Under the pieces are notes generated by a model, which did no database searches, had not been told where the DNA came from, and saw only the letters and a program-made list of their open reading frames with translations. This document shows, piece by piece, positions 55,336 through 64,000 of a stretch of DNA of 64,000 nt. The stretch covers positions 27,543 through 91,542 of the forward strand of contig CAKSYX010000003.1 in assembly GCA_934525065.1 (NCBI GenBank). The letters are read 5' to 3'. The stretch comes from an uncultured Eubacteriales bacterium (GTDB taxonomy: Bacteria; Bacillota; Clostridia; Oscillospirales; Acutalibacteraceae). The position numbers and the translations under genes are program-made. How positions within the stretch are numbered: position 1 is the stretch's first letter; each line of letters opens with the position of its first letter.

Positions 55336-55376
55336 GCGGACATCTGCCTTTTTAAGCGGCGGATGTCCGCCTTTTT
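55336..55376 (+). terminator. rho-independent terminator
   Basis: GCGGACATC...GATGTCCGC followed by CTTTTT. Confidence 0.75.
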
Positions 55377-55380
55377 CGGC

Positions 55381-55409
55381 TTGACAACCGTCTGATTTTG
55401 CTTTATCAT
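55381..55409 (+). promoter_or_regulatory. sigma-A promoter for the HAD gene
   Basis: TTGACA, 17 nt, TATCAT. Confidence 0.55.
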
Positions 55410-55447
55410 TGAAACAGTAAATCGTTTTTTCGGAGGATACCGTACTT

Positions 55448-56113
55448 ATGAATAGCTTTGACTTTGTTCTTTGGGACTGGAACGGAACGCTGCTTGACGA
55501 CCTTGAAATGAACCTTCAAATCGTTGACGTTCTGCTTTCAAATCACAAAATAAAAAACGGCGTTTCAAGGGAGTTTTACCTTGAAAACTTCGCCTTTCCG
55601 ATCTCGCGCTTCTATGAAAAAATCGGCTTTGACCTTTCAAAGCACGATTTCATGGTGCTTGCGGATGAATATGACGAAGAATATCTTTCAAGACTTCCGG
55701 AAACAACACTTTTCAAGAACGCGGAAAGCACCCTCGCCGCGCTGTCTTCCGGCAAAGTGCACCAGGCGGTCATTTCCGCAACAGAGCATGAACGTCTTGT
55801 TTCGCAGGTCAAAAGCTACGGCATTGAAAAATACTTTGACGCCGTTCTCGGAACGGAAAACCACCTCGGAAAAGGCAAGGTAGCCGTGGCCGAGGAATGG
55901 CTCAAACAAAGCGGAGCTAACCCGGAAAGAACCGTTTTTATCGGCGACACACTGCACGACTTTGAATGTTCAAAAGCAATCGGCTGCGCGTGTTTCCTCA
56001 TTGCAAGAGGTCACAATTCAAAGGAAAAGCTGCTGAAAACCGGATGTGAGGTCTTTGATGATATCGGGGAGATAAAAGAAAGAGTTCTCGAAAAAGGCGG
56101 GGAGAAAAATTAA
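55448..56113 (+). CDS. HAD-superfamily hydrolase (phosphoglycolate-phosphatase-like)
   Basis: Motif I as VLWDWNGTLLDD (DxN rather than DxD). ...ISATE...; ...FIGDTLHD. Confidence 0.75.
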   Translation: MNSFDFVLWDWNGTLLDDLEMNLQIVDVLLSNHKIKNGVSREFYLENFAFPISRFYEKIGFDLSKHDFMVLADEYDEEYLSRLPETTLFKNAESTLAALSSGKVHQAVISATEHERLVSQVKSYGIEKYFDAVLGTENHLGKGKVAVAEEWLKQSGANPERTVFIGDTLHDFECSKAIGCACFLIARGHNSKEKLLKTGCEVFDDIGEIKERVLEKGGEKN

Positions 56114-56186
56114 CAACTTTCTATTGATTTTTCCCTTCATTTAGCTTAATATATTTGTCGTAATAAATTACAAGGAGATGTACATA

Positions 56187-57704
56187 ATGGCTGATATCAA
56201 AACACTCAAGTACTTCGCCGACGGCGAATGGCGCGAGTCAAAAAGCGGAAAGTATATGGATATCCACAACCCCAGCACCGGCGAGATAATCGCACGCACC
56301 CCCTGCTGCACCGTTGATGAGGTTGAAGAAGCTGTTCAGAGCGCAAAGAAAGCCTTCAAAACCTGGTCGCAGACCCCGGTAATGAAGAGAACTCAGGTTC
56401 TCTATAAGTTCCGCGAGCTTCTCATTGAACACATGGATGAGCTTGCAACCCTCTGCGCCGTTGAACACGGCAAGGTATACAACGAATCAAAGGGCGACAT
56501 TCTCAAGGTCAAGGAGCCCGTTGAGCTTGCCCTCAGCGCACCTTCGCTCACCATGGGCGACAGTATGCGTGACACCTCCAGCGGCTACGACACCACGCTC
56601 TACTACGAGCCGGTCGGCGTTTTTGCCGGAATCGTTCCGTTCAACTTTCCCGGCATGATCCCGATGGGCTGGATGGTTCCCTGCTGCATCGCAGCCGGCA
56701 ACACCATTGTTCTCAAGCTCAACTCCCAGACCCCGATGACCGCCATGAGACTTTGCGACCTCCTTATGGAAGCAGGTCTTCCGAAGGGCGTTGTCAACCT
56801 CGTGACCTGCACCCGCGTTGAGGCCGATATGCTCCTGACCCACCCGGACATCAAGGGCATCACCTTCGTCGGCACAACCGGCGTAGGCCGGCACGTCTAT
56901 GCAACAGCCGCTTCAACCGGAAAGCGCGTTCAGTGCCTTTGCGAAGCGAAGAACCATGCTCTTGTTCTTGAGGACGCTGCTCTTGAACGCAGTGCAAGGG
57001 GAATCATCAACTCGGCTTTCGGCTGCGCAGGCGAACGCTGCATGGCTCTTCCCGTTGTTGTTGCTCAGGATACGATTGCAGACAAGCTCGTTGCTCTCCT
57101 CAAGCAGTACGCTTCGGAGCTCAAGCTCGGCGCAGCTTACGACAAGACCTCGACTCTCGGCCCCGTTGTTTCAGCAGCACACAAAAAGCGCGTAATTGAC
57201 TGGATCAACAAGGGCATTGAAGAGGGTGCAACCCTTGTTCTTGACGGACGCGATGTCACCGTTCCCGGCCTTGAGGGCGGATATTTCGTCGGCCCGACGA
57301 TTCTTGACCACGTTACCGAAGACATGACCGTCGGCACGCAGGAGATTTTCGGACCGGTTCTTTGCATCAAGAGAGTCAGGAGCTTTGAAGAAGGCCTTGA
57401 GCTCATGAACCGCAATCCGTTTGCAAACGGCTCGGTAATCTTCACCCAGAGCGGTTACTATGCAAGAGAATTTGCAAAGCACACAGACGGCGGCATGGTC
57501 GGCGTCAACGTCGGAATCCCCGTTCCGGTCGGCGTGTTCCCGTTCACGGGCCACAAGAAATCCTTCTTCGGCGACCTGCACTGTCTCGGCAAAGACGCTT
57601 TCCGCTTCTTCACCGAAACCAAGGCTGTTACAACACGCTGGTTTGACGAGGAAGAAAAGAAAGCCACCCACGTTGACACTTGGGACGGCTCTGTCGGCGG
57701 CTGA
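56187..57704 (+). CDS. mmsA: CoA-acylating methylmalonate-semialdehyde dehydrogenase
   Basis: Start at MADIKTLKYFADGEW (RBS AAGGAG). ALDH fold. Catalytic Cys in FGCAGERCMA. Confidence 0.85.
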   Translation: MADIKTLKYFADGEWRESKSGKYMDIHNPSTGEIIARTPCCTVDEVEEAVQSAKKAFKTWSQTPVMKRTQVLYKFRELLIEHMDELATLCAVEHGKVYNESKGDILKVKEPVELALSAPSLTMGDSMRDTSSGYDTTLYYEPVGVFAGIVPFNFPGMIPMGWMVPCCIAAGNTIVLKLNSQTPMTAMRLCDLLMEAGLPKGVVNLVTCTRVEADMLLTHPDIKGITFVGTTGVGRHVYATAASTGKRVQCLCEAKNHALVLEDAALERSARGIINSAFGCAGERCMALPVVVAQDTIADKLVALLKQYASELKLGAAYDKTSTLGPVVSAAHKKRVIDWINKGIEEGATLVLDGRDVTVPGLEGGYFVGPTILDHVTEDMTVGTQEIFGPVLCIKRVRSFEEGLELMNRNPFANGSVIFTQSGYYAREFAKHTDGGMVGVNVGIPVPVGVFPFTGHKKSFFGDLHCLGKDAFRFFTETKAVTTRWFDEEEKKATHVDTWDGSVGG

Positions 57705-57715
57705 TAATTAAACTT

Positions 57716-57757
57716 AAAAAAAACTGCGCTTTCAAAAAGGAAGGCGCAGTTTTTTTA
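57716..57757. terminator. bidirectional rho-independent terminator
   Basis: AAAAAAAACTGCGC-tttcaaaaaggaag-GCGCAGTTTTTTT. Confidence 0.8.
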
Positions 57758-58888
57758 TTTTGCGGCTAACTGCCGCTGTTTTTCTTTTTTTAAAAAAGCT
57801 CTGAACTTTTTATCGAGAGGTTCGGTGACTGCAATGCAAACTATTCCCCAAAGAAGGCTCAGAATAACGTAAACCGCCGTAATTACCGGAGGGCCGAATC
57901 TGTTTTCACGAAAGCTTGACAAACTGGAGCTGTTTTCAATCGCGATATTGACCCATCTTATCGCTGAAGTGTGGGTCAAATAAACTGCCATGCTGAGCTT
58001 TCCGAGCCAAACACAAAGACTGTTGCCGAACAATGCGTTTATGCTCGCTTTTCCGCTTGCAATTATCGAAACCGCAATGTAAAACATCAGGACTATCGTA
58101 CCCTGATATTTCCTGTCAACTCCGTAATACACAAGCAGTGCCGCCCCGACCATGCAACCGGTACTCACAAATGAGAGCAGCAACGGGATGCCTTTGTACA
58201 TGAACTTTTCTTTCAGCCATTTTGAAACGGCAAAAGCCGAGCATCCGAGACACAAGCCGGCAAAGCCGCGGAAAAAGCCTTTGCAAAATATTCCGTACCA
58301 GCCGAGCACACCGGTAATATAGCCGTCGCGCCGGAGCATACATGCGTAAAGGGAAACCGCAATCAGCGGCGCGGCAAGCTTTGTGAAAATATCGCTGCGG
58401 TATCTGAGGAGCGGATAGATGACGGCCATCGACATAAACATTGCGGAAAGATACCAGTCTGTGCCGACAACGTCCTTCATCGGGATTCCGCTGACGTGCA
58501 AAAACACTATCGAAAACGGAACTTTCAAAAGATTCTCCGACGAAAAGACCTCTTTCGGGCCAAAATATACGGTATCGAAAACGAGCGTCGTTATCCACGC
58601 AAAAACAAAGTACGGGAGCAGCCTTTTGAGCTTTCTGAAAATGAAGCCGGCCGTCTCGGTTCCCAGCGTCCGAACTTCCGCTTCTTCCTTTTTTGAAGCG
58701 GAAAGTGCCATAAAAAAGCCGGACACGATGAAAAAGAATTCAACAAAAATCGAACCGTAGGCGAAGTATATCCGCTCATTTTCGAACAGGTTATATGAAT
58801 GGTGAATAACAATTATCACCATTGCGAAGAACTTCCAGAAGTCAAACTCAGCGTTCCTTGTCCGCAAGCTTCCCCTCTTTGTTTTCAA
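57755..58888 (-). CDS. acyltransferase family 3 membrane O-acyltransferase
   Basis: TTG start (58888) after AAGGATGGGG gives MKTKRGSLRTRNAEFDFWKFFAMVIIVIHH..., the typical family-3 N-terminus. About 10 TM helices. Confidence 0.75.
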   Translation of the reverse strand: MKTKRGSLRTRNAEFDFWKFFAMVIIVIHHSYNLFENERIYFAYGSIFVEFFFIVSGFFMALSASKKEEAEVRTLGTETAGFIFRKLKRLLPYFVFAWITTLVFDTVYFGPKEVFSSENLLKVPFSIVFLHVSGIPMKDVVGTDWYLSAMFMSMAVIYPLLRYRSDIFTKLAAPLIAVSLYACMLRRDGYITGVLGWYGIFCKGFFRGFAGLCLGCSAFAVSKWLKEKFMYKGIPLLLSFVSTGCMVGAALLVYYGVDRKYQGTIVLMFYIAVSIIASGKASINALFGNSLCVWLGKLSMAVYLTHTSAIRWVNIAIENSSSLSSFRENRFGPPVITAVYVILSLLWGIVCIAVTEPLDKKFRAFLKKEKQRQLAAK

Positions 58889-58913
58889 GAGCACCCCATC
58901 CTTTTTACAAAAG

Positions 58914-59414
58914 TTATTCTTCGTCCTTTTTTTCGTCAGCCTTCTGAGTGCTGTCTTTCTTTGCAAAAATCATGAACTTGCTCAAAACGTAATTGATTAC
59001 GACAACAACAACGCCGATGATAAGCTTTGCTGTGATTTTTCCGGAAAGGCGAACGATGATAAAATCAAAGACCTTTTCATCAAAATGCAGTATTTCAACA
59101 AAGAACCAAAGACCGGCCTGCTCAATGAAGTATGACGCGATCCTCGCACCGAGGAAGGACGGAATCTCCTTTTTAATTACGTCAAACCTCCAGCTCTTGC
59201 TTTCAAAAACAAAGAGCTTGTTCGTCACATAGGCAAAAGCAACAGCGGCGACCCACGCAACCGAGTTTGAAACAAGGTAGTGTTCCCCTTTAAAAAGAAC
59301 GTCGCAGCCCTTGAAAACAACAAGGTTGACAAGCGTTGTGAGCACACCGAAAATGACATAGGTCACGGTTTCTTTGTTGACTAATTTTTTGAAAAGTGCT
59401 TTGATTTTTTCCAT
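58914..59414 (-). CDS. GtrA-family membrane protein
   Basis: 166 aa and 4 TM helices. ...YVIFGVLTTLVNLVVF...NKLFVF... pattern. Confidence 0.8.
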   Translation of the reverse strand: MEKIKALFKKLVNKETVTYVIFGVLTTLVNLVVFKGCDVLFKGEHYLVSNSVAWVAAVAFAYVTNKLFVFESKSWRFDVIKKEIPSFLGARIASYFIEQAGLWFFVEILHFDEKVFDFIIVRLSGKITAKLIIGVVVVVINYVLSKFMIFAKKDSTQKADEKKDEE

Positions 59415-59422
59415 TTCTTACC

Positions 59423-60055
59423 TCATGCGGCCTTAGCTGCTTTCTTTTTCTTTAAATCATCAATTTTTGCTTCAACCTTGGGCATAACGATCGGATATAC
59501 CTTGTTGACAATGAGAACCGCAATCAGTGCATAAACAACACCGAAGAGTGCGCCGAAAAGAACATCCGTGCAATAGTGAACCTCAACGTAGATTCTTGAA
59601 AAGCCCATTATGCCCGCAAAAATTGTGAGAGGAATTCCGTACTTTCTGTTGTACCAGAGGAGTGCTGCGCCTGCGGCAAACGCAGAGGACGTATGACCCG
59701 AGGGGAAGGAATAGCTCGTGGGTCTTTTGACAAGCTCGGGGAACTTATAGATTTCATGCCACCATGCATACGCAGTCTCGTCAAGGTTGAACGGACGCGG
59801 ACGCGCAAAAATTGACTTGAGAATGAGATTGTTTCCGACTTCCATGACAAGCAGTGCAACGATAATCGCAACGCCGGCCTTGCGGTACTTTTTTGTGCAA
59901 ATGAGCGCGAGGGCAACGGCGATGAAAATGATTCCGCCTTCGCCGAGGGAGGTGATGACAACCATCAGCTTGTCAAGAAAGCCTCCGTGAATCGTCTGCA
60001 CCCACTGAAAGACCGAAAGGTCAAAGTGCAGAAAGTTATCAAATAGTGCCTGCAT
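59423..60055 (-). CDS. PAP2-family phosphatase (undecaprenyl-diphosphatase/BcrC-like)
   Basis: KSIFARPRP, SFPSGHTS, SRIYVEVHYCTDV (three PAP2 motifs). Confidence 0.85.
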   Translation of the reverse strand: MQALFDNFLHFDLSVFQWVQTIHGGFLDKLMVVITSLGEGGIIFIAVALALICTKKYRKAGVAIIVALLVMEVGNNLILKSIFARPRPFNLDETAYAWWHEIYKFPELVKRPTSYSFPSGHTSSAFAAGAALLWYNRKYGIPLTIFAGIMGFSRIYVEVHYCTDVLFGALFGVVYALIAVLIVNKVYPIVMPKVEAKIDDLKKKKAAKAA

Positions 60056-60082
60056 AATGTTTTCTTCCTTTCTTGAAACTTG

Positions 60083-60739
60083 TTATATTTCAAACAGCTT
60101 TTTGAGCTGCTTTGCGCTTTTTCCGACCGAGAGAGCGGTAACCTCATCTCCTGCCATAAGGACGGTGTTTCCGCGCGGGATCATGAGCACTCCGGAGCGG
60201 ATAACATAAATCAAAACGCAGTCCGCCGGAACGGCAATGTCCATCACCCTTTTTCCCGAAAGGCTCCAGTCGTCCGGAAGAGTGTATTCGCTGATGAGAG
60301 CGTTGCTGTTGCTGATATCGGCAACGAGCTTGACGTTCGCGCCGTCAATTTCCTGCTCAATCAGGCCTGTAATGATCTGCGTTGTGTCAAGAACAATGTC
60401 AACGCCGAGCTTTTTCATGAGGGCGATGTTTTTGTGGTTGTTGCTTTTTGAAACGGTGCGCCTGACCGAAAACTGCCGCTTTGCAATTTCGCAGGCAACA
60501 AGGTTGTCCTCATCGCGGTCTGTGACGGCAATAAAAGCGTCGCTCTTGCCGACGTTCGCCTGAGCAAGCGTTTCTATTCTGGTTCCGTCGCCGCAAAAGA
60601 CGGTGACGTCAAGGGCACTTGAGATTTTTTCACATTTTGCCCTGTCGCTGTCAATAACCTTGACGTTGTGCTTTTCTTCAAGAAGGCTTTTTGCAAGGAA
60701 ATAGCCGAGCTGACCGGCTCCGACAATGGTAATTTTCAT
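60083..60739 (-). CDS. trkA: Trk/Ktr potassium-uptake regulatory protein (RCK N+C domains)
   Basis: MKITIVGAGQLGYFLAKSL...VIDSD Rossmann fold; C-terminal TrkA_C-like segment. Confidence 0.8.
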   Translation of the reverse strand: MKITIVGAGQLGYFLAKSLLEEKHNVKVIDSDRAKCEKISSALDVTVFCGDGTRIETLAQANVGKSDAFIAVTDRDEDNLVACEIAKRQFSVRRTVSKSNNHKNIALMKKLGVDIVLDTTQIITGLIEQEIDGANVKLVADISNSNALISEYTLPDDWSLSGKRVMDIAVPADCVLIYVIRSGVLMIPRGNTVLMAGDEVTALSVGKSAKQLKKLFEI

Positions 60740-60754
60740 CCTTTTTCACCCTCC

Positions 60755-61375
60755 TTATATACTCGCATAAACGAGCATATCGCCGTCATCAATATGAAAC
60801 GCTTCGTCCGAAACAAGAACGAGTGCTCCGCTCTTTTTCTTTTTGACGGCAAAAAGCATCTCACCCTCACGGTGAACGATTTCGTCCGCGGTCTTTCCGA
60901 CCTGGCGGCGTTCCGCCTTTTTCATGGTGAAGCTCACGCTGTTTCCGCCGACGGTGACGGAATCGATTTCATCGGAATCCTGTGTCGCAAGCTTAAAAAG
61001 GATGTCGCTTTCAAGCCTTGTCGGGCAGACGGTACGAAGGCCGAAGCGCCTGAAAACCGCTTCCCTTGAAGGGTCAAGAACGCGCAGATAGACGTCACTC
61101 AGACCAAACTCAACGTTCAGCGTCTGCGCAACCATAACATTCACGTTGTCCTTTTCCGTTACTGCAAAAGCGATGTCGGCGTTGTCGCAGCCCGCACCGA
61201 GCAAAACGTCAATGTCCGTCTCGTCGCCGCAAACGGTTATTCCGGAAAACTCCTCCCCAAGGAGCTTGAGCTCCTCTTCGTCGTTGTCAACAACGGCAAC
61301 GTCATAGCCCCTTTCGTCAAGAGCAAGTGCAAGGCGGCGGCCGGTTTTGCCGCTGCCGATGATAATTACGTTCAT
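60755..61375 (-). CDS. second Trk/Ktr RCK-domain protein
   Basis: MNVIIIGSGKTGRRLALAL...VVDND. Confidence 0.75.
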   Translation of the reverse strand: MNVIIIGSGKTGRRLALALDERGYDVAVVDNDEEELKLLGEEFSGITVCGDETDIDVLLGAGCDNADIAFAVTEKDNVNVMVAQTLNVEFGLSDVYLRVLDPSREAVFRRFGLRTVCPTRLESDILFKLATQDSDEIDSVTVGGNSVSFTMKKAERRQVGKTADEIVHREGEMLFAVKKKKSGALVLVSDEAFHIDDGDMLVYASI

Positions 61376-61387
61376 CGCTTCATCTCC

Positions 61388-61858
61388 TCAGGCAAAAATA
61401 TTTTTGAACTGAACGTCAACTGCGCCTTTTTCAAATGTCAGAACGGCGTAGCTTCCGCCGCAAAGAGCACCCGGATTTATGACGTATATGTCCGAGAGTC
61501 TGTCGTAATAGCAGTTGGTTATATGGGTATGACCGTAAAGCGCAACATTCGCGCGTACGCTTTCCGCCTTTTCAATGAGCGGCAAAAGACTGCGCTTCAC
61601 ACCTATTGTGTGTCCGTGGCAGGCAACAACCGTGTTGCCTTCAACATATTTATAGGCAAAATCATCAAGGGTGCTGAAATAATCATTGTTGCCCCTGACG
61701 GCAATGAAATTCCTGTCCTTAAAACGGGGGTGAACTCTTTCAAGGTCTTCCTCACCGTCTCCGAGGAAAAAGACGAGCGTGCAGTCTTTTTCTCTTTCAA
61801 GCGCGGCTGAAAGGTTTTCCGCGCGTCCGTGGCTGTCGGACAAAACAAGAGCTTTCAT
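61388..61858 (-). CDS. YfcE/MJ0936-family metallophosphoesterase
   Basis: MKALVLSDSHG, GDGEED, RGNND, CHGHT, YGHTH. Confidence 0.85.
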   Translation of the reverse strand: MKALVLSDSHGRAENLSAALEREKDCTLVFFLGDGEEDLERVHPRFKDRNFIAVRGNNDYFSTLDDFAYKYVEGNTVVACHGHTIGVKRSLLPLIEKAESVRANVALYGHTHITNCYYDRLSDIYVINPGALCGGSYAVLTFEKGAVDVQFKNIFA

Positions 61859-61991
61859 TCATAACCCCCTCGTAAGCGGCATAAATATCATTGTAAATGA
61901 ATCAAAGCAACGCTCTGCTCAAATCGAGCTTTCGCCTTTGCGGCGAGAAACAATTGCCAGATGATTATATCACTTTACGGGAGGTTTTTCA

Positions 61992-62234
61992 ATGGATAAC
62001 GAAACAAATCTGAACTCTGAGAAAATCGGCAAGCTTTTTGAAAAAGCAAAACAAAAGGAAAAAAGCGGAGTGCTCGACGTCGGCTCATTCATTGACGAAA
62101 ATCTTTCGCCGTCCGACGCGCAAAAGCTCAAAAGCGCAATGAACAATCCGACACTCATTAAAAACATTCTCTCCTCGCCGCAGGCACAAAAGTTTTTTGA
62201 AAGGTTTTCAAAAGGAAAAGAAGGAACCGAATGA
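61992..62234 (+). CDS. hypothetical 80-aa protein
   Basis: RBS GGGAGG. First of three coupled ORFs. Confidence 0.5.
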   Translation: MDNETNLNSEKIGKLFEKAKQKEKSGVLDVGSFIDENLSPSDAQKLKSAMNNPTLIKNILSSPQAQKFFERFSKGKEGTE

Positions 62235-62602
62235 TGGATATTCAAGACATAAACATGGAGGAAATTTCTCAAATTCTCTCGTCGCTTTCCGATGATGATG
62301 TTGAACAGCTCAAGGGCGTTGCCGCGTCGTTTTTTCCGGGACAGAATGCGCAGGAAACAAAGCATACGAATGACCGCAGGCAGCCGCCCGGTGACAAAAA
62401 CGAACAGCTTGACTTTGAAAGCATGAAGAAAATCATGGAGATTATGAAGCTTCTCAAAAGCGATGTCCGCGACCCAAGGTGTGACCTGCTTTATGCCCTC
62501 AGACCGATGCTGAAAAAAGAGCGGCAGGAGCGCGTTGACCAGGCTGCAAAAATGCTCCGGCTTCTGTCGGTTCTTCCGCGCCTTCGGGAGCTTGGAATTT
62601 AA
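62231..62602 (+). CDS. hypothetical 123-aa protein
   Basis: The ATGA overlap joins it to the previous ORF. Confidence 0.5.
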   Translation: MMDIQDINMEEISQILSSLSDDDVEQLKGVAASFFPGQNAQETKHTNDRRQPPGDKNEQLDFESMKKIMEIMKLLKSDVRDPRCDLLYALRPMLKKERQERVDQAAKMLRLLSVLPRLRELGI

Positions 62603-62617
62603 GCTGAGGTGAAAAAA

Positions 62618-63073
62618 ATGCAAAACTATTCTCCGCAGGAGCTTGAAAGAATGCAGAAGCAAGCGATCGACCGTGTGCATGAAATGCAGCGGCAGGCGAA
62701 GATGGGTGCTGCCGAAAACAGGCGGAACATGACCGGCGCCGTGCTGCATTACTCACAGCCGGGTGCAGGTGCGCAGCAGAAACCGCCGAAGCCGCAAAGT
62801 TCGCCGCAACCGCCGCCCGGTAATGACACGCCGAAGGCCGAGCACCGTCAGCCGCCAAAAGAACCGAACGCAAAAAAACCGCCGACACCGCCGCCGGCAG
62901 AGAAAGCCCCGCCGGTTCCGCCGGAGATTCGGCGCGTTCCGGGAAGAAAACAGGCCGCGCCGTTTCTCAGCATGGACAGCGACACGGCGCTCATTTTGCC
63001 GCTCATTCTCCTTTTGCAAAAGGACGGAGCGGACGAGATGCTTATTCTTGCACTGCTGTATATTATGGTGTAG
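62618..63073 (+). CDS. hypothetical Pro-rich protein with hydrophobic C-terminus
   Basis: ATG follows GAGGTGA. Low-complexity PPKPQSSPQPPPG...KKPPTPPPAEKAPPVPP. C-terminal ALILPLILLL. Confidence 0.45.
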   Translation: MQNYSPQELERMQKQAIDRVHEMQRQAKMGAAENRRNMTGAVLHYSQPGAGAQQKPPKPQSSPQPPPGNDTPKAEHRQPPKEPNAKKPPTPPPAEKAPPVPPEIRRVPGRKQAAPFLSMDSDTALILPLILLLQKDGADEMLILALLYIMV

Positions 63074-63076
63074 CGT

Positions 63077-63117
63077 TAAGCGCCCCTTCCGTGCGAAAGA
63101 GGCGCTTATATTTTATT
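63077..63117. terminator. bidirectional terminator
   Basis: TAAGCGCC...GGCGCTTA followed by TATTTTATTT. Confidence 0.6.
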
Positions 63118-64000
63118 TGTTCTTCTTCTTTGCGCTTTTGATTTCTTCAAGAACACATTGCGGCGCCGGGCCGCCCTTCACCGCCCTGCCTTTTACACAG
63201 TTGTCAAGGTCGATTGCCGCAAACACGCCCTCATCAAAGAGCTTGCAAATTTTTTTGTATTCCTCAAGTGGAAGAGTTTCAAGCGTATAGCCGTTTTCAA
63301 TGCAAAAAGCAACAAGCTCGCCGACCGCTTTATATGCGTCTCTGAAGGGCAGACCTTTTTTGACAAGATAATCGGCACAGTCGGTAGCATTTATAAAGCC
63401 GTTCGCCGCCGCCTTGCGCATATTGCCTTTGAGAACCTTCGCCGTTTCAAGCATCGCTGAAAAGGTATCAATGCAAACAAGGACTGTGTCAACCGCGTCA
63501 AAGGTACCCTCCTTATCCTCCTGCATATCTTTGTTATATGCAAGCGGCAGACCCTTCATGACTGTAAGCAGAGCCATGAGCGAACCGAAAACGCGTCCCG
63601 ATTTTCCGCGCACAAGCTCGGCAATGTCGGGGTTCTTTTTTTGCGGCATGATGCTGCTACCGGTTGAAAACGCATCGTCAAGCTCAATGAACTTGAATTC
63701 CCATGAGCACCACATGACAGTCTCCTCGGCAAAGCGCGAAAGATGCACCATAATTATGGAAAGGCAGGAGAGCAGCTCAATAACATAATCCCGGTCGGAA
63801 ACACCGTCAAGGCTGTTTGAGCAAACACCGCTCAAGCCAAGAAGCCTTGCGGAATACTCACGGTCAAGCGGATAGGTCGTTCCGGCAAGTGCACCCGAGC
63901 CGAGCGGTGACACAGCCATCCTCTTTTTGCAATCGGAAAGCCGCTCCCTATCGCGCAGAAGCATTGAAGCATACGCCATCAGATGATGGCCGAAGGTGAC
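63113..64000 (-). CDS. argH: argininosuccinate lyase, N-terminus beyond window edge
   Basis: GSSIMPQKKNPD fumarate-lyase signature. The frame stays open to position 64000. Confidence 0.9.
   Translation of the reverse strand, partial: VTFGHHLMAYASMLLRDRERLSDCKKRMAVSPLGSGALAGTTYPLDREYSARLLGLSGVCSNSLDGVSDRDYVIELLSCLSIIMVHLSRFAEETVMWCSWEFKFIELDDAFSTGSSIMPQKKNPDIAELVRGKSGRVFGSLMALLTVMKGLPLAYNKDMQEDKEGTFDAVDTVLVCIDTFSAMLETAKVLKGNMRKAAANGFINATDCADYLVKKGLPFRDAYKAVGELVAFCIENGYTLETLPLEEYKKICKLFDEGVFAAIDLDNCVKGRAVKGGPAPQCVLEEIKSAKKKNK

Noticed and set aside
55457-55495. HAD motif I reads DWNGT (Asn instead of the second Asp), possibly an inactive phosphatase
   Set aside because: DWxGT-type variants occur in active HAD members, for example phosphonatase-like enzymes. 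This is not enough to call it unusual.

Overview
This 64-kb window looks like chromosomal DNA from a spore-forming Clostridia-class Firmicute; this is a guess from gene content (spoVAC-spoVAD-spoVAEB, mfd, rsmA, yabE-like, group-A [FeFe]-hydrogenase) and AGGAGG-type ribosome-binding sites. Most of it is ordinary housekeeping and metabolism: hydrogenase pair, galE, galM, proBA, argH, a znuABC-like importer, two ABC exporters, an M16 peptidase, mmsA, trkA x2, and envelope-modification genes. I saw no rRNA, tRNA or CRISPR array. Eight things are not ordinary.
1. Three copies (20.5, 27.4, 36.4 kb) of a modular 168-279 nt intergenic element. Each is closed by a ~28-bp terminal inverted repeat whose arms differ between copies but stay complementary within each copy.
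2. An isolated five-gene phage-derived cassette (collagen-like fibre, LRR fibre, M23+SH3 lysin, two holin-like proteins). It has its own consensus promoter, next to a perfect Gram-positive SOS (Cheo/LexA) box.
3. The lysin's catalytic HxxxD motif lies upstream of any canonical start codon.
4. Three blocks of heptanucleotide tandem repeats lie in a convergent intergenic region.
5. Several well-signalled small ORFs are missing from the ORF track: a two-gene small-peptide operon upstream of mfd, a similar 39-aa peptide at 1.8 kb, and a 42-aa ORF at 46.8 kb. A Cys-rich 67-aa ORF that is in the track fits exactly into the spoVAD-spoVAE gap.
6. A visibly more AT-rich stretch encodes a secreted CotH kinase-like protein and a 4xPPC+2xFN3 repeat protein.
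7. Two IS3-like transposase remnants share a ~100-nt hairpin repeat.
8. An uncharacterised lipoprotein is translationally coupled to the metal ABC importer.
All functional calls rest on motif recognition by eye. No database search was run.
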